Shown here: one piece after another, positions 59,232-64,000 of the stretch
How positions within the stretch are numbered: position 1 is the stretch's first letter
How the letters are laid out: every line of letters begins with the position of its first letter
Assembly (NCBI GenBank): GCA_964558645.1
Contig: CAZLEV010000006.1
Coordinates: forward strand, 32,001 to 96,000
Length of the DNA: 64,000 nucleotides
Direction: 5' to 3'
Source of the DNA: an uncultured archaeon
GTDB taxonomy: Archaea > Asgardarchaeota > Thorarchaeia > Thorarchaeales > Thorarchaeaceae
Notes under the pieces: model-generated
The model's database searches: none
What the model was told of the DNA's origin: nothing
What the model saw: only the letters and a program-made list of their open reading frames with translations
Translations under genes and position numbers: made by a program

Positions 59232-60545
59232 ATGCCAGTTGAACTCCTTCTGAAGGATGGCAGGGTCATTATTGATGGTAAGGAAGAAGTGCGTTCTGTT
59301 GGCGTGAAATATGGCAAGATAGAGGGGCTATACCATCCAGGACAAGAACCTCTGGCTGACAGAGTTATCGAGTGTGCAGGACTCTATGTTCTTCCCGGCA
59401 TGATTGACATACACGTACACCTTCGTGATTTGGAGCAAGAACAGAAGGAAGACTATCGGACCGGCACGATGGCTGCCGCTGCAGGAGGTGTAACTACTGT
59501 TGTTGATATGCCAAATTCCAGACCGCCTGTCCTCGATAGGGACGTTCTTGATAGAAAGATAGCAAACGCGGTTTCGAATAGATATGTGAATGTGGGATTC
59601 TATGCAGGAATACCAAAGAGTGTGGAAGATTTTGATGCAAGACTAGTCCCAGATATTCTTGGCCTGAAAGTCTACCCTCACTCACCCCTCACGCAGGGCA
59701 CTGAGTATACTAGAGGGAGAATAGAGAGTTGTGTGTCACTTGCGAAACGACATGGTCTGCCCCTCATGTTTCACCCCGATTCTTCAAGTGACACGACGCC
59801 CGTCTCCAGTATCCAAGACCATTTCATGGTACACAGCTGTGATAACGAGTACAAATCGGTGAGCATGTTCATAGACGCAAAAGAGAAGGTGGATGGGCGC
59901 ATTCACGTTTGCCATGTGAGTTGCGCTAGTGCTGCCCGATTGGTTGCCCAGAGCCGTGCTGAGGACTCACTGACCGCAGAGGTCACGCCTCATCATCTGC
60001 TTCTCTCAAGCGACCAGTTTCCCGTGGAGGATGGGGTGGCCAAGATGCTTCCGCCCTTACGATCACCCTATGACTGTCAGACTCTCAGGCAGATGCTATG
60101 TAATAAATGTGCAATTGACTGCGTGGCATCCGACCATGCACCACATACCGCAGAGGACAAGAGAACCGACTTTTTGAGAGCTGCAGCTGGAATCCCAGGT
60201 CTTGAAACGTCTGTTCCCCTGCTTCTGACCCAGGTATTTGATGGAAAGCTTACATGGGTTGATTACCTACGCATTTGTTGTTCTGCACCAGCTGACATAC
60301 TTGGCCTGTCAGGAAAGGGGGTTCTCGCAGAAGGATTTGATGCAGATATCATAGTAGTGTCAAAGGAAGAATATAAGATTCGAGGAGAGAGATTCTTCTC
60401 AAAAGCCAAGATAACACCCTTTGAGGGCTATCGCGTGCTAGCTCGTCCAATCATCACAATGGTAGGAGGAGAAACTGTCTACAGTTATGGCAAGTTTGTC
60501 ACAGGAGCAGGATTGGTCGGAAGAGTTCCATTGCGAAAACGTTAA
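59232..60545 (+). CDS. pyrC: Dihydroorotase
   Basis: PG.ID.HVHLR, AA.GGVT...DMPN, HVS, EVTPHHL, PPLR, SDHAPH. Confidence 0.88.
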   Translation: MPVELLLKDGRVIIDGKEEVRSVGVKYGKIEGLYHPGQEPLADRVIECAGLYVLPGMIDIHVHLRDLEQEQKEDYRTGTMAAAAGGVTTVVDMPNSRPPVLDRDVLDRKIANAVSNRYVNVGFYAGIPKSVEDFDARLVPDILGLKVYPHSPLTQGTEYTRGRIESCVSLAKRHGLPLMFHPDSSSDTTPVSSIQDHFMVHSCDNEYKSVSMFIDAKEKVDGRIHVCHVSCASAARLVAQSRAEDSLTAEVTPHHLLLSSDQFPVEDGVAKMLPPLRSPYDCQTLRQMLCNKCAIDCVASDHAPHTAEDKRTDFLRAAAGIPGLETSVPLLLTQVFDGKLTWVDYLRICCSAPADILGLSGKGVLAEGFDADIIVVSKEEYKIRGERFFSKAKITPFEGYRVLARPIITMVGGETVYSYGKFVTGAGLVGRVPLRKR

Positions 60546-60589
60546 CGGCAGCCGCTTGTCACTCTGATGATGCAGCAGGTGAGACACAA

Positions 60590-61225
60590 TTGGAACATGC
60601 ATATGAAATCGAGGACGGAAGATTTCTGATAGGAGTGGCACGGGACGCAATAACGGAGTATGTGAAGGACGGAATTCAAATCGCAATCCCCGGGGAAACT
60701 CCAAGTCATCTTCAGGTCAAATCTGGCGTTTTTGTCACTCTGAACAAGGTACTGAAAAACCAAGCTGTTCTACGAGGGTGCATTGGAAGACCTTATCCCA
60801 CCCAGCCGCTAATACAGGCCACGATTGAGTCGGCAATAGATGCTGCAGTAAACGACCCAAGATTCCCGCCGGTCACAAAAGAGGAACTGGATTCGATTGC
60901 TCTTGATCTGAGCGTTCTGACTCCACCAAGAAAAATAGAGTACAGCAATCCGAAAGAGCTATTGGAGAAGGTCAGAGTTGGTCGGGATGGCCTCATTGCA
61001 GCCAGAGGGGCTTGGCGGGGACTTCTTCTCCCACAAGTCCCGTTGGAATGGGGATGGGGTGTGAAGGAGTTCCTGGAACACACCTGCAATAAGGCAGGTC
61101 TTCCCAGAAGTGCTTGGATAGACCCCGCAACAGAGTTTTATGCATTCCAAGCTGACGTGTTTGGCGAGAGAGAGCCAAAAGGCACAGTGGTTAGAAACCC
61201 CAAGGGAGAAGTCTGCAGGAGTTAG
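60590..61225 (+). CDS. AMMECR1-domain protein
   Basis: GVFVTL, LRGCIG, DPRF.P, GLLLPQV, C.KAGL. Confidence 0.95.
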   Translation: MEHAYEIEDGRFLIGVARDAITEYVKDGIQIAIPGETPSHLQVKSGVFVTLNKVLKNQAVLRGCIGRPYPTQPLIQATIESAIDAAVNDPRFPPVTKEELDSIALDLSVLTPPRKIEYSNPKELLEKVRVGRDGLIAARGAWRGLLLPQVPLEWGWGVKEFLEHTCNKAGLPRSAWIDPATEFYAFQADVFGEREPKGTVVRNPKGEVCRS

Positions 61226-61231
61226 GAAGAG

Positions 61232-62086
61232 ATGAGAGAGCTACCCCCTGAAGCCATCGATGCGCTCCGAGGATTCCTAGACGAGGATGTCAGGTCTGGA
61301 GACCTGACCACTGAATTGATGGGGTCGTTGGCTACAGAGGCGACTGGCACCGTCTATGCAAAGTGCAAGACAATTGTGGCCGGGATCAAAGAAGCAGTAG
61401 CCCTCGCTGACATGGTGGGACTTGAACACAAGATACTGACGGTTGAGGGCGACTGGGTATCACCCGGTGCGGCAATACTGGAGTTGAGTGGAGAAACGGA
61501 AGCTCTTCTGAAAGTCGAGAGGGTGATTCTCAACATCATGATGAGAATGAGTGGTATAGCAACCAAGGTCAACACCATGCTTCAGGCTGCTCGGAGAGGG
61601 AATCCAGATATTGTTGTTGCGGCCACAAGGAAGACAACTCCCGGATTCAGGTTCTTTGAGAAACGAGCAGTACAGATTGGCGGCGGGGATACCCACCGGT
61701 ACGCACTTGATGACATGGTTCTAATCAAAAACAATCACATCTCGGCAATGGGAGGGGTTTCTGAAGCTGTCCGTGCTACAACAGGAGCGGTCTCCTTTAC
61801 GAAAAAAGTCTCATGCGAAGCCAGATCACTGAGCGAAACAATAGAAGCTATTGAAGCAGGGGCAGATATCGTGCTTCTAGACAATCTAACACCGGACCAA
61901 ATCAAGAACATTCAAGGTGTATTGGAGGAAAGAGGGCTAAGAGAGAGTATCATACTTGAAGGTTCTGGAGGCATAGATGAGGGCAATGTTGAAGAATATG
62001 CCAGGAGTGGTCTTGATGTCATCTCTTCGGGAGCTCTGACACATTCCTATGTTTCCGTAGACTTGAATATGATATTACAGCTGTGA
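61232..62086 (+). CDS. nadC: Quinolinate phosphoribosyltransferase
   Basis: ED...GDLTT, ER..LN, TRKT.PG, HR..L.D..LIK.NH, LLDN, SGGI. Confidence 0.95.
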   Translation: MRELPPEAIDALRGFLDEDVRSGDLTTELMGSLATEATGTVYAKCKTIVAGIKEAVALADMVGLEHKILTVEGDWVSPGAAILELSGETEALLKVERVILNIMMRMSGIATKVNTMLQAARRGNPDIVVAATRKTTPGFRFFEKRAVQIGGGDTHRYALDDMVLIKNNHISAMGGVSEAVRATTGAVSFTKKVSCEARSLSETIEAIEAGADIVLLDNLTPDQIKNIQGVLEERGLRESIILEGSGGIDEGNVEEYARSGLDVISSGALTHSYVSVDLNMILQL

Positions 62087-62102
62087 TGAGGAAGAGATTG
62101 TG

Positions 62103-62180
62103 TGGTGCCCCGGCCGGGATTTGAACCCGGGTCGTCGGATCGAAAGTCCGAGATGCTGGGCCGAGCTACACTACCGGGGC
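62103..62180 (-). tRNA. tRNA-Glu(TTC), CCA encoded, no intron
   Basis: Reverse complement GCCCCGGTAGTGTAG...TCGGA-CTTTCGA-TCCGA...GGTTCAAATCC...CCGGGGCACCA folds as a cloverleaf. Confidence 0.96.
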
Positions 62181-62231
62181 CTATTCGCAGCAAACCCGAA
62201 ATTCAGGTTATTAACATTGCGTAAGTGCCCA

Positions 62232-62732
62232 TCACTGGATTGCTTGCGAAGAAGCCTCTGGTGAATCTCGTTCGCTCGATTCTTGAGAGGGAGGCTCACC
62301 GGATGTGGCACTGGGCACTTCTTCCCTAACAGGTTGTGTCATGTTGATTGTGTTATTGTTAGCCTGCGGAGTGGCGAACTCGGCCTTGCGCAAGAGTAGC
62401 GCGTGGTCGATTATCCGGCCAATGTCTATAGAATCGGCAGTTCGCTCAGAGAGAGCACGGAAAAGGAACGACCTGAGGTCATCTGGCTCTGGAACTCCGG
62501 ACAGGGTGCTAGAACGGGCCACCATCGTAGGCACGGTCATGATACCGTAGGCCTTGGCAACTCTTGCATAGCTATCTACATCAATTTCACATACCAGACT
62601 GCTCTCTCCAAAGAGATCTGTCTCTTCGACTATCATATCCTTCAAGAGGTCGCACCACGTGCAGTCTTTCGATGTGAACAGGAGAATCATTACTAAGGCC
62701 CAGTCCTTTTCTAGTTGTCCTGATGTTGCCAT
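62232..62732 (-). CDS. Thioredoxin-fold protein with low-complexity C-terminal tail
   Basis: CTWC, IDVD, YGI..VPT (cis-Pro) motifs. Confidence 0.8.
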   Translation of the reverse strand: MATSGQLEKDWALVMILLFTSKDCTWCDLLKDMIVEETDLFGESSLVCEIDVDSYARVAKAYGIMTVPTMVARSSTLSGVPEPDDLRSFLFRALSERTADSIDIGRIIDHALLLRKAEFATPQANNNTINMTQPVREEVPSATSGEPPSQESSERDSPEASSQAIQ

Positions 62733-62900
62733 TTAAGGTCGGATTCGAAGATACTGCATATACAAGAGCCAATCTACTACGTGCGCCCTCATCAATCTGG
62801 ACTTACAACGATCATCTGTGAACAGGTCAGTGCCAATCCAAGCATTCGCCATCTTTCGCAAGCTTAATATCGGCAACTCGGGGGCATGATTCTGGATAGC

Positions 62901-62977
62901 GGGCCCATAGCTCAGCTTGGTAGAGCGGCAGGCTCATAACCTGTCGGTCAAGGGTTCAAATCCCTTTGGGCCCACCA
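62901..62977 (+). tRNA. tRNA with CAT anticodon, most likely tRNA-Ile2 (agmatidine-modified)
   Basis: GGGCCCATAGCTCAG...CAGG-CTCATAA-CCTG...GGTTCAAATCC...TGGGCCCACCA. The GGGCCC acceptor stem is typical of archaeal Ile tRNAs and lacks the A1:U72 pair of the initiator. Confidence 0.85.
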
Positions 62978-63062
62978 TTCCTCCTATCTTTGAATGGAAA
63001 ACCTCATCTATCGACCTCGAAAATGAGATAAACCCATGATTTACTCTCTCTGAAGAGGTATA

Positions 63063-63851
63063 ATGATGCAAATACTGTCAGATCCGGTCATCATGGGCGC
63101 AGTTGCCAGTCTAATAGCGGGGACTGCAACCGGACTGGGGGCAATCCCTGTTCTACTAGGGGGCAAGTTCAGTCGGAAGTTCCTAGACGTCATGCTTGGT
63201 TTCGCAGCTGGGGTCATGCTTGCGGCTTCAGCATTCAGTCTCTTAGTTCCTGCGTATGAGATGGTTGTTGATTGGGTGGGTGTTCTCAGCGTTGTGGGAC
63301 TTGGGTTCGCTCTTGGTGGAGTCTTTGTCCACGAAGCGGACAAGCACGTTCCCCATGAACACTTTCAGAAAGGACATGAGGGGCCATCATCCTCCCTAGC
63401 CAGAGTATGGCTTCTGATTCTTGCTATAACTATTCACAACTTCCCGGAGGGCCTTGCCGTAGGTGTTGCTTTTGGCACAGATGACGTCGTGACAGGAATC
63501 TCGGTTGCCGTGGCCATCGGCCTGCAGAATATACCGGAAGGACTGGCAGTGGCAGCGCCATTGGTACGAGAGGGGTACTCCAAGAGATATGCAGCAGGTT
63601 TGGCTCTGCTTACAGGTCTTGTTGAGCCAATAGGAGGAATAATTGGGGTCTCGATTGTGACAGTTGCAGCATTCCTATTGCCCTATGGCCTGGCTTTTGC
63701 TGCAGGAGCCATGATATTTGTGGTTAGTGACGAGATGGTGCCAGAGAGCCATGTGGGAGGACATGCTCGCGAAGCGACATGGGGGATCATGGTGGGATTT
63801 CTGATAATGATGACTCTGGACAATATCTTCGCTTTCATCTTTGCAGGATAG
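63063..63851 (+). CDS. ZIP family metal transporter (ZupT/GufA)
   Basis: GFAAGVML.AS, PHEH, HNFPEG.A.G, QN.PEG, AAGAM..VV.DE. Confidence 0.93.
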   Translation: MMQILSDPVIMGAVASLIAGTATGLGAIPVLLGGKFSRKFLDVMLGFAAGVMLAASAFSLLVPAYEMVVDWVGVLSVVGLGFALGGVFVHEADKHVPHEHFQKGHEGPSSSLARVWLLILAITIHNFPEGLAVGVAFGTDDVVTGISVAVAIGLQNIPEGLAVAAPLVREGYSKRYAAGLALLTGLVEPIGGIIGVSIVTVAAFLLPYGLAFAAGAMIFVVSDEMVPESHVGGHAREATWGIMVGFLIMMTLDNIFAFIFAG

Positions 63852-63895
63852 GTTACGCGACCAGAGGACATACGAAAGGGGGCGATGGAGCTGTG

Positions 63896-63976
63896 CTAGA
63901 AACTGGCAAGAAGAAGAACCAGTAGGATTGCTGCAGCCAGTGTCAACGTAACCAATGTGAAAAGGAGAGTATCCAT
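63896..63976 (-). CDS. Possible 26-aa hydrophobic microprotein
   Basis: MDTLLFTLVTLTLAAAILLVLLLASF, starting just after an in-frame TGA near the window edge. Confidence 0.3.
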   Translation of the reverse strand: MDTLLFTLVTLTLAAAILLVLLLASF

Positions 63977-64000
63977 CACTGGTCAAATGATTGATGCCCT

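Noticed and set aside
62103-62977. Thioredoxin gene flanked by two tRNAs as a possible integrated element
   Set aside because: No integrase and no duplicated tRNA 3' end within the window.

Overview
Archaeal core-genome window with no transposase, integrase, CRISPR array or rRNA visible. It is most consistent with an Asgard archaeon, probably Thorarchaeia; this is inferred from a Sec23/24-type zinc finger + VWA protein, four roadblock/LC7 proteins, an MglA-type GTPase, a PCI-like winged-helix protein and an EMC6-like protein. Housekeeping genes cover translation (aIF-1A, aIF-2beta, aEF-1beta, NMD3, eL33/L35Ae, uL16/L10e, eS8, DHS, Rqc2, SRP54, TrmJ, TrmY-like, tRNA-Glu, tRNA-Ile2), replication, repair and chromosome organisation (RPA2-like, FEN1, Hef, UDG, Smc-ScpA-ScpB), Cdc48, and metabolism (ACD alpha/beta, TfrAB, class I fumarase, DeoC, PyrI, PyrC, NadC, RibL, GlmU, UppS, LipS1, HypA/E). 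The most striking feature is a co-oriented five-gene module at 21.8-25.7 kb: a Sec23/24- or CPRas-like zf-VWA protein, a dynein-light-chain (DYNLRB)-like roadblock, a LAMTOR2-like roadblock with an acidic C-terminal helix, a hairpin-rich leader, an MglA GTPase and an MglB-like roadblock. Other oddities are a protein of four AAA-lid/histone-fold-like repeats, a tandem CedA1/VirB2-like pilin, a gene whose conserved N-terminus has no ATG/GTG/TTG start, palindrome arrays upstream of smc and mglA, and two unannotated single-TM microproteins. All family assignments come from motif recognition by eye and recalled reference sequences; no searches were run.
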